Positions 31,859 through 42,273 of a DNA stretch of 64,000 nt are shown piece after piece; position 1 is the first letter of the stretch; each line of letters starts with the position of its first letter. The notes beneath the pieces were generated by a model. The model was not told the DNA's origin, searched no databases, and saw only the letters and a program-made list of their open reading frames with translations. The stretch spans positions 256,001 through 320,000 of the forward strand of contig CAWBGA010000001.1 of the NCBI GenBank assembly GCA_963788195.1. The letters are read 5' to 3'. The translations under genes were made by a program, and so were the position numbers. Source of the DNA: Nitrospirota bacterium (lineage in GTDB: Bacteria; Nitrospirota; Nitrospiria; Nitrospirales; NS-4).

Positions 31859-31887
31859 TTACGGTTGTCGCAGGGCTGTGCTATCAT
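31859..31887 (+). promoter_or_regulatory. Putative extended -10 promoter for the PIN/TRAM-ispD-ispF-cysE operon
   Basis: TTACGG-17 nt-TATCAT, preceded by TG. Confidence 0.4.
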
Positions 31888-31929
31888 GGGCCGCTTAATA
31901 ACGGATTTTTGCCGAAAGGGGGTGGCTTT

Positions 31930-32949
31930 ATGGTGCTCCGTGCGACATTTGTCGTTCTTTGCATCATCGCGGCTCTTGCCCTATTCTCCGATGGATTCGA
32001 CCAACAGGGCGGGTGGATGTTGGCCTCCGTCGTCGGCTTGGTTATTGCCGCCGTTGTGCTGAGTCTGGAGTATGCGCTTCGCAACACCAAGACAGATGTG
32101 CTGTTGGGAGGCATCACGGGGCTTGCGTGTGGGCTGGTGCTCGCAGGTGTGGCCGCGTGGGCAGTGGCGGTCACGGTGCCGGCGGTGGAGTCGGTGCCGA
32201 TTCTGGGCTTATTGCTGTTGGCGGCGTTCCCTTACCTGGGGCTGGTTTATGGTGTAAGAATCTTTGACAAAGCCGGATATGTGAAACGAATGCGCGGGAT
32301 CGAAACAACCGCGTCACTGGTCAGCAACAAGATTCTTGATACGAGCGTCATCATCGACGGCCGTGTGGCCGATCTCTGTGAAACCGGTTTTTTGGAAGGC
32401 ACCTTCATCCTGCCGCAATTTATTCTGAACGAGCTCCAGCACATTGCGGATTCAGCCGACCCTCTGAAACGCAGCCGGGGACGTCGCGGGCTGGACATTC
32501 TCAACAAGATCCAGAAAATGGTCGATGTCGAGGTCCGGATCGTCGATGAGGACTTTCCGCATATCAAGGAGGTTGACTCGAAGATCGTCGTACTGGCCAA
32601 GAAAATGAATGCCAAGGTCATTACCAACGACTTAAATTTAAGTAAGGTCGCCGAACTCCAGGGTGTGCGGGTGTTGAACATCAACGAGCTATGCAATGCG
32701 CTCAAGCCCGTCGTGCTTCCCGGCGAGCAATTGCGCGTCTTCGTGTTGAAGGAAGGCAAGGAGTCTGCGCAAGGCGTGGCCTACCTAGATGACGGAACAA
32801 TGATCGTCGTCGACAATGCCAAACGCTATATTGGTTCCAACGTCAATGTCGTCGTCACCAGCGTGTTGCAGACTCAAGCGGGTCGCATGATCTTTACACG
32901 GCTCAGGGAAGAGACCGAAAACCAGGAACAAGCCGTTGCGCGTGGCTGA
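31930..32949 (+). CDS. Membrane PIN/TRAM-domain protein (YacL-like)
   Basis: ILDTSVIIDGR, RGRRGLDIL, TNDLNL, YLDDGTMIVV, SVLQTQAGRMIF. Confidence 0.92.
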   Translation: MVLRATFVVLCIIAALALFSDGFDQQGGWMLASVVGLVIAAVVLSLEYALRNTKTDVLLGGITGLACGLVLAGVAAWAVAVTVPAVESVPILGLLLLAAFPYLGLVYGVRIFDKAGYVKRMRGIETTASLVSNKILDTSVIIDGRVADLCETGFLEGTFILPQFILNELQHIADSADPLKRSRGRRGLDILNKIQKMVDVEVRIVDEDFPHIKEVDSKIVVLAKKMNAKVITNDLNLSKVAELQGVRVLNINELCNALKPVVLPGEQLRVFVLKEGKESAQGVAYLDDGTMIVVDNAKRYIGSNVNVVVTSVLQTQAGRMIFTRLREETENQEQAVARG

Positions 32950-33038
32950 TAGACACATGGCCGAGTGCTTCTGACGTTATTTGTTATGCGGCAGCGCGTG
33001 GTGAGTGTGCGTGTGTCGCATCACCATAACAGATAAGA

Positions 33039-33762
33039 ATGAATAGCGTGGGAGCAGTCGCGGTGATTCCAGCCGGGGGAGGAGGCCGGCGGATGGGCGC
33101 CGCCACTCCGAAGCAGTTCTTAGCCCTCGGCGACGTCCCTCTTCTCTTGCATTGTCTGCGGGTGTTCGAGCGAGCTCCAAGCGTCTCTCAGGTTATCCTG
33201 GTTGTCCCCGAGAATGAACGCGAGCGAACGCTCGTGGACGTCATCAAGCGGTATGATATCAAGAAGGTGCTGAGGATTGTGGCGGGTGGCGCCACCCGAC
33301 AGGAATCGGTCTATGAGGGCTTGAAGGCCAGCGACCCTGAAGCCGAAATCGTGGTAGTCCATGATGCCGTCCGCCCGTTTGTGACAGAAGATCTGATTGA
33401 ACGATCCATAGCCGAGGCGAGACATACCGGAGGGGCGATTGTGGGAGTCCCTATGAAGGAAACCGTGAAGCAGGTCGGAGCGGATGGGCACATCCTTTGC
33501 ACCATCGATCGTTCACCACTCTGGCTCGCACAAACCCCGCAGGCTTTTCGCCGGGCGTTGCTGCTGGAGGCATACGAGAAGGCGGACGAGCGAACGATTT
33601 GATGCCACGGATGAGGCCGGGGTCATGGAGTGGTTTGGACATAAGGTCGCCATTATCCCGGGCAGCTGGGACAATATTAAAATCACGACACCGGAAGACC
33701 TTCAAATGGCCGAAGCGATCCTGAAAATTCAGCCGAGTTCGACCAAGAATGCCACGCGCTGA
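33039..33762 (+). CDS. ispD: 2-C-methyl-D-erythritol 4-phosphate cytidylyltransferase, apparent frameshift ~33595
   Basis: PAGGGGRRM, PKQFL, RQESV, VHDAVRP, AQTPQAF, NIKITTPEDL. Confidence 0.93.
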
Positions 33763-33779
33763 GCTGAAGCAGCCAGACC

Positions 33780-34253
33780 ATGAGGATCGGTATGGGGTAC
33801 GATATCCATCCTCTCCGCCCGGGACGGAAGTTGATTCTTGGCGGGGTCGAAATTCCGCATGGGGCGGGCCTCGACGGGCACTCCGATGCTGATGTTCTCA
33901 CGCATGCCATCTGCGACGCTCTCCTAGGCGCCGTGGGCGAGGGCGACATCGGCATGCATTTCCCTTCCTCTGACCAGCGGAATAAGGATATCGCCAGCCT
34001 CAAGCTTTTGGAGCAGGTGATGTCTCTTGTCCACCGCAAGGGGTGCCGGTTGGTCAATCTTGATGCCGTCATCAACGCCGAGGCGCCGCGCCTTGGGCCA
34101 CACCTGGCGGCCATGAAGGAGGTCTTGGCAAAGACGATGGCCGCGGAGGCGTCCTGTATCAACCTTAAGGTCAAAAGTGGGGAGGGACAGGGCATGGTGG
34201 GCAGACAGGAGGCCATGACGGCGCATGTGGTTTGCCTGCTGGAAACTGTCTAG
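33780..34253 (+). CDS. ispF: MECDP synthase
   Basis: [25 protein letters not shown]. Confidence 0.95.
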   Translation: MRIGMGYDIHPLRPGRKLILGGVEIPHGAGLDGHSDADVLTHAICDALLGAVGEGDIGMHFPSSDQRNKDIASLKLLEQVMSLVHRKGCRLVNLDAVINAEAPRLGPHLAAMKEVLAKTMAAEASCINLKVKSGEGQGMVGRQEAMTAHVVCLLETV

Positions 34254-34279
34254 CGCATTCTCCAGGTAGGAATGGGGAA

Positions 34280-34930
34280 ATGATGTTCCAAACGTTCAGA
34301 GATGATCTCGCCGTAGTGTTTGACCGGGATCCCGCGGCGACAAGTCGACTGGAAGTCATCCTCACCTATGCCGGCTTCCATGCATTGATTGCGTATCGGC
34401 TGTCGCACCAGCTTCATGAGTGGGGGGTGCCGTTTGTGCCTCGCGTGATTTCACAGGTGGCCCGGTTCTTCACCGGCGTGGAGATTCATCCCGGCGCCCA
34501 AATTGGCCGCGGCTTTTTTATTGATCATGGCATGGGCGTCGTGGTGGGGGAGACAGCCGAGGTCGGCGACTATGTAACCCTCTTTCAGGGTGTCACGTTG
34601 GGGGGAACCGGCAAAGAGCGCGGCAAGCGTCATCCGACGCTGGGAAACCATGTCGTCGTCGGCGCCGGTGCGAAAATCCTGGGCGGCATCCGCATCGGGG
34701 ACAATGTCAAGATCGGCTCGAACTCTGTCGTGCTGAAGTCGGTGCCCGCCAACTCCACCGTGATCGGCGTGCCAGGGCGCATCATCAAGGCGGACGGGGC
34801 GAGACTCCCCGAAGCGACGATGGATCATACGAACATGCCCGACCCTCTCGCCGATCGATTTGAGGCGCTTGAACGCGAGATCATCGAGCTTCGCAAGCAG
34901 ATCGAGAGCCAAAAACCTCCCCAGAAGTAA
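34280..34930 (+). CDS. cysE: Serine O-acetyltransferase
   Basis: [36 protein letters not shown]. Confidence 0.95.
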   Translation: MMFQTFRDDLAVVFDRDPAATSRLEVILTYAGFHALIAYRLSHQLHEWGVPFVPRVISQVARFFTGVEIHPGAQIGRGFFIDHGMGVVVGETAEVGDYVTLFQGVTLGGTGKERGKRHPTLGNHVVVGAGAKILGGIRIGDNVKIGSNSVVLKSVPANSTVIGVPGRIIKADGARLPEATMDHTNMPDPLADRFEALEREIIELRKQIESQKPPQK

Positions 34931-35044
34931 TCCCGCCGCATCACCGACCGCTCGCTATTCAAATTCCTGCCTCTGTCTTCTACCGTCACCATCTTCATTT
35001 TGACCGCCCTTTATTATTCTGACTGCCTTTGTCATTCTGAGCCC

Positions 35045-35780
35045 TTAATATTCCACGCGCACCAGATACAAGCCTTGCGGCGGCGCGGTAGGGCCCGCCT
35101 TCGTTCGATCGCGTGCTGCTAATATCTCAGTGACAGCTCCTGCCTGAAGCTTCCCTCGCCCCACCTCGACCAACGTTCCCACGATATTTCGCACCATCTG
35201 CTTTAGGAACCGGTCTGCCTCGATCTCAAACGCCAATTCGTCGAGTGACGGGATGCAGTCCAGCCTTGTGACATTGCAGACCGGGTTTTCGGTATCGGTG
35301 GGCGAGCCCTGAAATGAGGAAAAATCATGCCGGCCGCCGAGTGACTTCAATGCAGTCCTCATCAGTTCGGCATCAAGTGGATACGGGGCATGCCAGGCCC
35401 GGTGGCGTTCCAACGCCGACCGATGCGGGCGCGTCAGGATGCGGTAACGGTATAGCTTGGACTTGGCGTGAAAGCGTGCATGAAATTCATCCGGGGTCGC
35501 CTCTACGGTTCGGACAGCGATATCCGGCGGCAAGAGTCCATTGAGGGCTCGCAGCCACTCGCGATGCGGAAAGAGTCGCCGCTGTCGTGAAGCCTGCAAC
35601 CTGCCCGAGAGCATGGACACCGGCGTCGGTCCTGCCTGCGCCGATAACGTTCGCATGCTGCTGAGAAACCTCCGCGATGACTGCTTCGAGCGCCGCCTGA
35701 ATGGTGGGGAGGCCGGGCTGTACTTGCCAACCGTGGTAGTCAGAACCGTCGTATTCGAGGGTTAACTTAAATGTGGGCAC
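35045..35780 (-). CDS. truA: tRNA pseudouridine 38-40 synthase, apparent frameshift ~35570
   Basis: YDGSDYHGWQ, AGRTDAGVHA, HDFSSF, FLKQMVRNIVG, TAPPQGLYL. Confidence 0.93.
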
Positions 35781-35796
35781 ATTTCGCTACAGGACT

Positions 35797-37066
35797 TCAT
35801 CCGGCGTAGGCTACCTGGACGGAATTCATATAGTTCCGGATGCCTTCGAAGAGGGCCTCGGCCATTTTCTGACGATAGGACGGGGATCGCAGCAATTTCT
35901 CATCGGCGGAGCTGCTGATGAACGACAGCTCTGCCAGGATGCTCGGCATTGCCGTGTAGCGCAGGACGTAAAACGGCGCCGTCTTAACGCCGTGGTCTTC
36001 TATAAAATACGACATTCCTACCAAGTTCACGATCGCGAGCTTCGTTTCCCATGCGAGGTTTTGCGATTCTTCAATGCGTTTGCTGAGTGCCAGATCCGCT
36101 TTAATGAGATCGAGGAAATTACGAGCGTGGTCGATGGTATCCCCGTTTTCACGGGCTGCGACCTCCATGGCGCGACGATCAGAAGCGATTCCAAAATGGT
36201 AGAGCTCAATCCCGCGCACGCTTCGGCTCGGGTGGGAATTGATATGGATCGAAACGAAGAGATCGGCTTTCTGGGTATTCGCGAATCTCGCGCGGTCGTC
36301 GAGTTCAATAAAGGTATCGCTTGCGCGGGTCATCGCTACCTTTATGCCCATTCGATTCTGGAGGAGCTGTCGCAGGCGCAGCGCAACATCGAGGACCACT
36401 GCTTTTTCCGTCAGTCCGGTCGTTCCGATCGCGCCGGGGTCCTTTCCTCCGTGGCCGGGATCCAGAATGATCGTGTCGATATCGAGGCGCGCCGTGCGTT
36501 GTACTTCTGGAATTTGCCGGGTGACAGGCGGCAACGCAATCTTGGGTTGAACAGGCAGTACAATCTTGGGTTGAACGGCTGGGGCACCGGTTCGTTTTGG
36601 CTCATACTCCAGTACGAGCCGATAGGGCTTGCGCAGGGCCTGCAATTTCAGGCCGGTCAGATCCTCAGTATTCAGCAAGACTTGGATGCGCCGCGCCCCC
36701 ATCTGTTTGATCTCGATTTCCGAGGGGAGTCTGTGCTCGTCAACCTTGCGCTTCGCGGCTTTGCTGAGAACCGCGTTCAGTGAGATTTATGACGACTCGA
36801 TCCTCGCCTACGCTCTGACGTGTGTACTCCAAGGGTCGGGCAAGGTCGAAAATGAGGCGATTCTGTCCGGCCGATGCATAGTATCGGAGATTCGCGATCG
36901 TCGTCGCGGTCTTTGCCGGCGCTTTGTAGGGGTGTTAGAAAGAGAATTGCCGGACTGCTTGGCGATGGTCAGGGTGGGAGCGGTGAATACACCCGCGCAA
37001 AAGAAGAAGACAGAGCAACTGGACGGGTGACATCCAGACAGCCCGGTATCTTAGGGCGTGACTCAT
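35797..37066 (-). CDS. amiC: N-acetylmuramoyl-L-alanine amidase with an AMIN-like domain (frameshifts in the 5' part; start approximate)
   Basis: LDPGHGGKDPGA, FVSIHIN, APFYVL, ILAELSF; upstream frames give IANLRYY...RLIFDL and a hydrophobic leader. Confidence 0.8.
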
Positions 37067-37147
37067 GGCTGTGCGATAAGGCCCTGTTATCATGTGCAAT
37101 AGTTAAGCAAGAGGAAGAGTCTTGTCAAGGCTTTTACGGAGGCCGCG

Positions 37148-37176
37148 TTGACACCTACTCGTCTGCCCTATAGGCT
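37148..37176 (+). promoter_or_regulatory. Sigma70 promoter placed so the predicted TSS falls at the NYN gene ATG
   Basis: TTGACA-17 nt-TAGGCT; ATG starts 7 nt after the -10; no SD. Confidence 0.6.
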
Positions 37177-37182
37177 AAGCCT

Positions 37183-37698
37183 ATGATTCACCTTGTCATC
37201 GACGGCTACAACCTCCTTGGCGTGCGCGGAGGGTTGAGAGGGGATATAGAGGCGCGCCGCGAAGCCTTGATCCGCGAGTTAGTGGGCTATCGGCAGCGCA
37301 AGGGATATCCGCTCACGGTGGTGTTTGACGGGTGGCGATCGGGCCATCCAGTCGAGCATGGTGAATGGCGGGAAGGCATCGAGGTGATCTTTTCGCGCCA
37401 GGGGGAAACTGCCGATACGGTCATCAAGCGGCTCGCGGCGAAGTATGGCAACGCCTGCGCGGTTGTCTCATCCGACCGCGACGTGGCCAGTTACGCGCAG
37501 GGGCAAGCAGGAACCAGCATCACTTCCGGAGAGTTCGAGAGCCGGCTACATCAGTCGGGTGCGCGACCGATCGCGCGAAAGCAGGCCGCTGATGATGAAG
37601 AGGAAGACCGCGCGCAACGGGATCCTAAGAAGAAAGGCAACCCCAAGAAGCTGCCGAAGAATATGAGACTGAAGGCGCGGCAGATGAAGAAATTCTAA
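37183..37698 (+). CDS. NYN-domain ribonuclease (YacP/Rae1-like)
   Basis: LVIDGYNL, VVFDG, ETADTVI, VVSSD; basic C-terminus. Confidence 0.88.
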   Translation: MIHLVIDGYNLLGVRGGLRGDIEARREALIRELVGYRQRKGYPLTVVFDGWRSGHPVEHGEWREGIEVIFSRQGETADTVIKRLAAKYGNACAVVSSDRDVASYAQGQAGTSITSGEFESRLHQSGARPIARKQAADDEEEDRAQRDPKKKGNPKKLPKNMRLKARQMKKF

Positions 37699-37722
37699 AT
37701 CAAGAGCGCAGGTCCTGTTGTG

Positions 37723-37777
37723 CTTCGACAAGCTCAGCATGATCGGACGGAAACCGTTCGCCCTGAGCCTGTCGAAG
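37723..37777. repeat. REP-like inverted pair between convergent genes
   Basis: CTTCGACAAGCTCAG ... CTGAGCCTGTCGAAG (14/15 inverted match). Confidence 0.8.
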
Positions 37778-37854
37778 GGCGCTCCGTCATGGTCCCACTC
37801 GGTGTCACCCGCATGAAAGTTAGATACTCTCTCCCCCGGTGGGGCGAGGGTATC

Positions 37855-38625
37855 CTATTTGATTTGGAACAGCCGTTTGGTGTTCTGCGTCGTTGCTTCT
37901 TCGACTTTCTCCATGTCGATTCCGTGAATCTCGGCGATCTTCTCGGCAACCTGCCGGACGTAGGCGGGTTCGTTGCGTTTTCCCCGGTGGGGAGCAGGTG
38001 TTAAGTAGGGGCTGTCGGTCTCGACGAGGATGCGGTCCAGCGGCACGGTCTTCACGATCTCGCGGAGCATCACGGCGTTTTGAAACGTGACGACGCCGGA
38101 GAATGACAGATAGAAGCCCAAGTCCAAGGCATCTTTGGCAAGCCAGGCGTCTCCCGAGAAACAGTGAAAGACGCCGCCGAGTTCGGAAGCCTTCTCTTCT
38201 TTCAGAATCGTGATTGTATCCTCCTGAGCTTCCCGAGTATGGATCACGATCGGCAGTTTGAGTTCCCGTGCCAATTGAATCTGCTCCCGGAAGCGAATTC
38301 GTTGCACATCTCGCGGCGAATGATCGTAGTGGTAGTCTAGCCCTATCTCGCCGTATGCCACCACGCGATCACTTCGGGCCAACGAGCGAAGCTCGTCGTA
38401 CCAGTCTTCCTCGATCAGCTTGACTTCATGCGGATGCACGCCCGACCGTCGCAGCAAATGAACGGATGCTCGCTGAGCCAGGGCTACGGCCGCCCGGCTG
38501 GTCTCCAGGTCGCATCCAATGGTCACGAAATGCTCGACTCCCGCAGCACGGGCGCGAGTCATCATCACCTCTCGGTCGGCATCGAACCGCGCATCATCGA
38601 TATGGCAGTGGCTGTCGATCAGCAT
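37855..38625 (-). CDS. tatD: TatD-family deoxyribonuclease
   Basis: MLIDSHCH, GVHPH, GEIGLDYHY, IHTREA, HCFSG, ETDSPYL. Confidence 0.93.
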   Translation of the reverse strand: MLIDSHCHIDDARFDADREVMMTRARAAGVEHFVTIGCDLETSRAAVALAQRASVHLLRRSGVHPHEVKLIEEDWYDELRSLARSDRVVAYGEIGLDYHYDHSPRDVQRIRFREQIQLARELKLPIVIHTREAQEDTITILKEEKASELGGVFHCFSGDAWLAKDALDLGFYLSFSGVVTFQNAVMLREIVKTVPLDRILVETDSPYLTPAPHRGKRNEPAYVRQVAEKIAEIHGIDMEKVEEATTQNTKRLFQIK

Positions 38626-38729
38626 GCGAAATTCCAAAACGTGAGACGGCACTATAGCATAAGGTGACCCAAACTTGACGCTTTCCACAAGTCTGTGGTA
38701 CGGCTATAGGGTTCTTACCTGAGGCGCGC

Positions 38730-39046
38730 ATGAAGTTTCGCCGTACCTCTACTCTACTTCTCGCGGCGCTGGCGTTGTGCCTGGTGGCATTACCTGCCGT
38801 TTACCGCGACCCTGGAACTGCACCACCACTCGGTGAGGCAGATGAGGACGGCCATCAGCACTCGGCGGCGGACCTCTGTTCTTGGGTGCAGAGCCATGTC
38901 GTCGTCCTCGGTGTCGGCTGCGTCCTTGTGCTGGATTCTCGGCCGGCCACCTCTGAACCGGAGACTCCGCATCATGACCGAACGGTCCATCATCTCCTGC
39001 TCGCTGAGATCTTCCCGTCCGCGGGCCTCCCTCTCCTCTCCTCTAA
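38730..39046 (+). CDS. His-rich leader protein with a signal peptide and a cryptic C-terminal RGPP motif (DUF2946/CutF/CruR-like architecture)
   Basis: MKFRR + hydrophobic stretch; DEDGHQHS..DLCSWVQSH. One extra C in the CC run at 39019-20 gives IFPSRGPPSPLL* (TAA 39044-46); as read, the ORF ends at 39053. Confidence 0.6.
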
Positions 39047-39133
39047 GCCATAATCGTCCCACGCTAAGCGATCCGCTCCGCTGTTGCGATGGCGTGTGGA
39101 GTTCTGTATGTATTCGAGCATGAGGAGTGGTCT

Positions 39134-40570
39134 ATGCATACCCGCCTGTGTGCCTGTGCATGCGTGGCTCTGTGTATCTTGGTATTCGGCGAATGGTCGC
39201 ATGGATTTGCGCAAAGAAATCGACGCTTCGGAGATCGAGAATTTGAAGAAGCAGATAGTCAGATGGAGGAACAGCTGCGGCAGCTCCGACAGAAAGTAGA
39301 CCAATTGGACACGAAACCAGTGCGACCCGAACCTCTCGCACAAGCGGGGAAAGAGGCTCCTGACGTCGAACCAGACGAAAAGGAGCAACGCCTGCGAGAT
39401 CTTGAACGCCAAGTGCAACAACAGCGGGTCGCAAGCCGAGGGATTTTGGCGCCGTTTAACCCCAAGATTTCTCTGAATGGATTATTTTCGGCCGCGATGT
39501 TCTCGGAAAAAGACAACCTGAACTTTGGCGGCCATGACCCGCACGTGCAGGGGTTCAATGTACAAAATGTCGAGCTTCATTTGCAGGGAACGGTCGATCC
39601 ATATTTCAAAATGGACGCAAATGTCGTGACGTTTCTTGACCATGGGGAGACCAAGGTTGAATTAGAGGAGGCGTACGGAACGAGTCTGGCTCTACCGGCC
39701 AATCTGCAACTCGTGGCCGGACAGTATTTTACCCGGTTCGGCCGGCAAAATTGGCAGCATCCCCATCAATGGGACTTTGCAGATCAGCCGGTCATCCTCA
39801 ATCGGATCTTTGGGCCGGATGGGCTGCGTGGGCCGGGGGCGCAGCTCTCCTGGCTGGCGCCGACCCCTTTCTATCTGGAGTTCATCGGAAGCGCACAGCA
39901 GGGAGAAGGAGAGATCGCGACGAGTTTTCTCTCAAAGCCGGGGGACACGGTAAGAGGCTATACACTCATCGACCGTCCTGTTCGGAAGATCGGCGATCTA
40001 GTGTACATGCCTCGTGTGGTGACTTCCTTCAGCCCGACGGACGAAGTGACAGTCGTGCTCGGCGGCTCTGCTCTTTTCGGCCCCAACGCCTCGGGTACCA
40101 ACAACAAAACCAGTGTCTACGGCGCGGATCTCTACGTGAAATGGAAACCGGTGAATCATAGCCATGGGTTCCCATTCGTCGCCTGGCAAACCGAGTATCT
40201 GTTCCGTGACTACCAGGCCGGGCCCGACGACATCAATGGGATTCCGGCTTCTCGCCCGAAAGATTTCGGAGTCTACAGCCAAGTCCTCTATGGATTTACA
40301 TATCGGTGGGTAGCCGGATTCCGTGTGGACTACGCTAACAGTTCCGGGGGGGATGTCGCCGCCCCATTTCTGGCGACCCTGGGCCAACGAGATTTGGTGG
40401 GAGAGCGGTGGCGCTTGTCGCCGAACGTCACGTTTTATCCCAGCGAGTTCTCGAAATTTCGCCTGCAATACAATCTGGATTTTGCCGCGAGTCGTGGCCG
40501 TGAAGCCGTGCATGGCCTGTTTCTTCAGGCGGAGTTCAACATTGGAGAGCACGGAGCCCATAGCTTCTGA
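39134..40570 (+). CDS. Outer-membrane beta-barrel metal-uptake porin/receptor with N-terminal coiled coil
   Basis: Signal peptide, FNPKISL, GGHDPH, VDPYF, ELEEAY, QHPHQWDF, SEFSKFRLQY, C-terminal IGEHGAHSF; SD GAGGAG at 39122-27. Confidence 0.75.
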   Translation: MHTRLCACACVALCILVFGEWSHGFAQRNRRFGDREFEEADSQMEEQLRQLRQKVDQLDTKPVRPEPLAQAGKEAPDVEPDEKEQRLRDLERQVQQQRVASRGILAPFNPKISLNGLFSAAMFSEKDNLNFGGHDPHVQGFNVQNVELHLQGTVDPYFKMDANVVTFLDHGETKVELEEAYGTSLALPANLQLVAGQYFTRFGRQNWQHPHQWDFADQPVILNRIFGPDGLRGPGAQLSWLAPTPFYLEFIGSAQQGEGEIATSFLSKPGDTVRGYTLIDRPVRKIGDLVYMPRVVTSFSPTDEVTVVLGGSALFGPNASGTNNKTSVYGADLYVKWKPVNHSHGFPFVAWQTEYLFRDYQAGPDDINGIPASRPKDFGVYSQVLYGFTYRWVAGFRVDYANSSGGDVAAPFLATLGQRDLVGERWRLSPNVTFYPSEFSKFRLQYNLDFAASRGREAVHGLFLQAEFNIGEHGAHSF

Positions 40571-40650
40571 TGCTAGATAGTCAGGATGACCACCGTGGGC
40601 TCAACATGACCAGCGTGGTTCAGAGTGACAAAGATCGGCGAGGAGTAGAT

Positions 40651-41575
40651 ATGAAAGGATATATTGGCATCGTTTTGCTTTTCGCGTGCCTCTTTACACC
40701 TGTTGGCATTGCCCATGCCAAACTCACAGTCGTGGCGACCACGCCTGACCTGGGATCTCTGGCTCGGGAAATCGGCGGGGATCGTATCGACGTCGTAAGT
40801 CTTGCAAAAGGGACTGAAGACCCTCATTTCGTGGATGCGAAGCCGAGCTTTATCAGGATTCTCAATCAGGCCGATGTTCTGACTGAGGGCGGGGCGGATC
40901 TTGAGGTTGGGTGGCTGCCGCCGCTGGTTGTGAATGCCCGCAATTCCAAAATCCAGCTCGGTCAGCCTGGTCGGATCATCGCCGCCGAGGTGATTAGACT
41001 CCTCGAAGTTCCTTCTGGGCCTGTTGATCGCTCCATGGGTGACGTCCATCCTTTTGGCAATCCTCATTTCACGATGGATCCGATAAATGGAGTGCTCATT
41101 GCGCGGCTGTTGTCGGAACGATTCTGTTTGGTAGCGCCCGGTGACTGCCCCGTCTTTCAGTCGAATCTCAAACAGTTTGAGTCCAAGATACATGATCGGA
41201 TGCTGATCTGGCAGAAACAAATGGCGCCGCTGAAGGGTGCGAAAGCCATCAGCTACCATAAGTCCTTTAATTACCTCGCGGAGCGATTCAGGATTACGCA
41301 TCGTCAATACGATTGAGCCGAATCCGGGGATTCCTCCCTCTGCCAAGCACGTCCTTAATTTAGTGGCACAGATGAAGGCGGAGTCGGTGCGGCTCATTCT
41401 GATGGAACCGAACCACGAGCGGAAGACTCCGTCATTTCTCTCGCAAGAGACCGGCGCCAAGATCGCGTTCGTGCCATCCATGGTCGGGGGGACGAAGGAA
41501 GCATCGGACTACGTCGAGCTTTTTGACTCGATCATACAGACATTGCTGGCTGCAATCGGGGACGGCATTCCTTGA
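40651..41575 (+). CDS. Cluster A-I metal ABC substrate-binding protein (ZnuA-like), apparent frameshift ~41290
   Basis: EDPHFV, GDVHPFGNPHFTMDP, YHKSFNYL, IEPNPGIPPS. Confidence 0.88.
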
Positions 41576-42273
41576 GAATCTTGCTGCGACTGTCGGACAT
41601 CAGTACCGGGTACAACGGCGCGCCGGTGCTTGAGCATATCGACTTGGAGATCGCGCGCGGGACCTTCGTCGGCGTCATAGGTCCCAACGGCTCCGGCAAA
41701 TCCACCCTCCTGAAGGCCCTCGTGGGTATCCTCCCTGTTTCGAGCGGGCGGATAGAATTTCCGGATGGCAAGCCTCGGTTCGGTTACGTGCCGCAACGAG
41801 ACACACTTGATCCCCTCTATCCGTTGACGGTCAAGGAGGTCGTCCTGATGGGCACCTATGGGGGCCTCGGGCCATTGAGCGTCATTCGAAAGTCACAGCG
41901 TGAGCGAGCAATGCACGCGCTCTTGGAAGTAAGGGCAGAGGGTCTGGGATCCAGACTCTTTGCGGAGTTATCGGGCGGTGAGCGACAGCGGGTCCTGATC
42001 GCCAGGGCCCTCGCCTCGAATCCGGAATGTCTCGTCCTGGATGAGCCCGTTGCCGGCATCGACCAGCCGACTACAGAGGTGATCATGGATTTGGCGCAAG
42101 CCTTGAATACGACGCAGGGACTTACTGTTGTAATGGTCAATCACCATATCCTTTCGCTACGCGGCCGGGCTCAGGAAATTATTTGGATCGTTGATGGTAA
42201 GGCGGTGTGGGGACCGGCCTCGGCACTGCTGACGAGGGAGAAGATTGAAGAAATGCTGATGCGGGGACCGTAA
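41572..42273 (+). CDS. Metal ABC transporter ATPase (ZnuC-like)
   Basis: GPNGSGKST, YVPQ, LSGGERQR, LDEP. Confidence 0.9.
   Translation: MRILLRLSDISTGYNGAPVLEHIDLEIARGTFVGVIGPNGSGKSTLLKALVGILPVSSGRIEFPDGKPRFGYVPQRDTLDPLYPLTVKEVVLMGTYGGLGPLSVIRKSQRERAMHALLEVRAEGLGSRLFAELSGGERQRVLIARALASNPECLVLDEPVAGIDQPTTEVIMDLAQALNTTQGLTVVMVNHHILSLRGRAQEIIWIVDGKAVWGPASALLTREKIEEMLMRGP

Noticed and set aside
35773..36783. 336-aa plus-strand ORF
   Set aside because: Antisense shadow of amiC.
38675..38710. Sigma70 promoter for the leader/metal operon
   Set aside because: TTGACG is present but there is no acceptable -10 at 16-18 nt spacing; too weak to call.
40573..41481. 302-aa minus-strand ORF
   Set aside because: Antisense shadow of the metal-binding protein gene.
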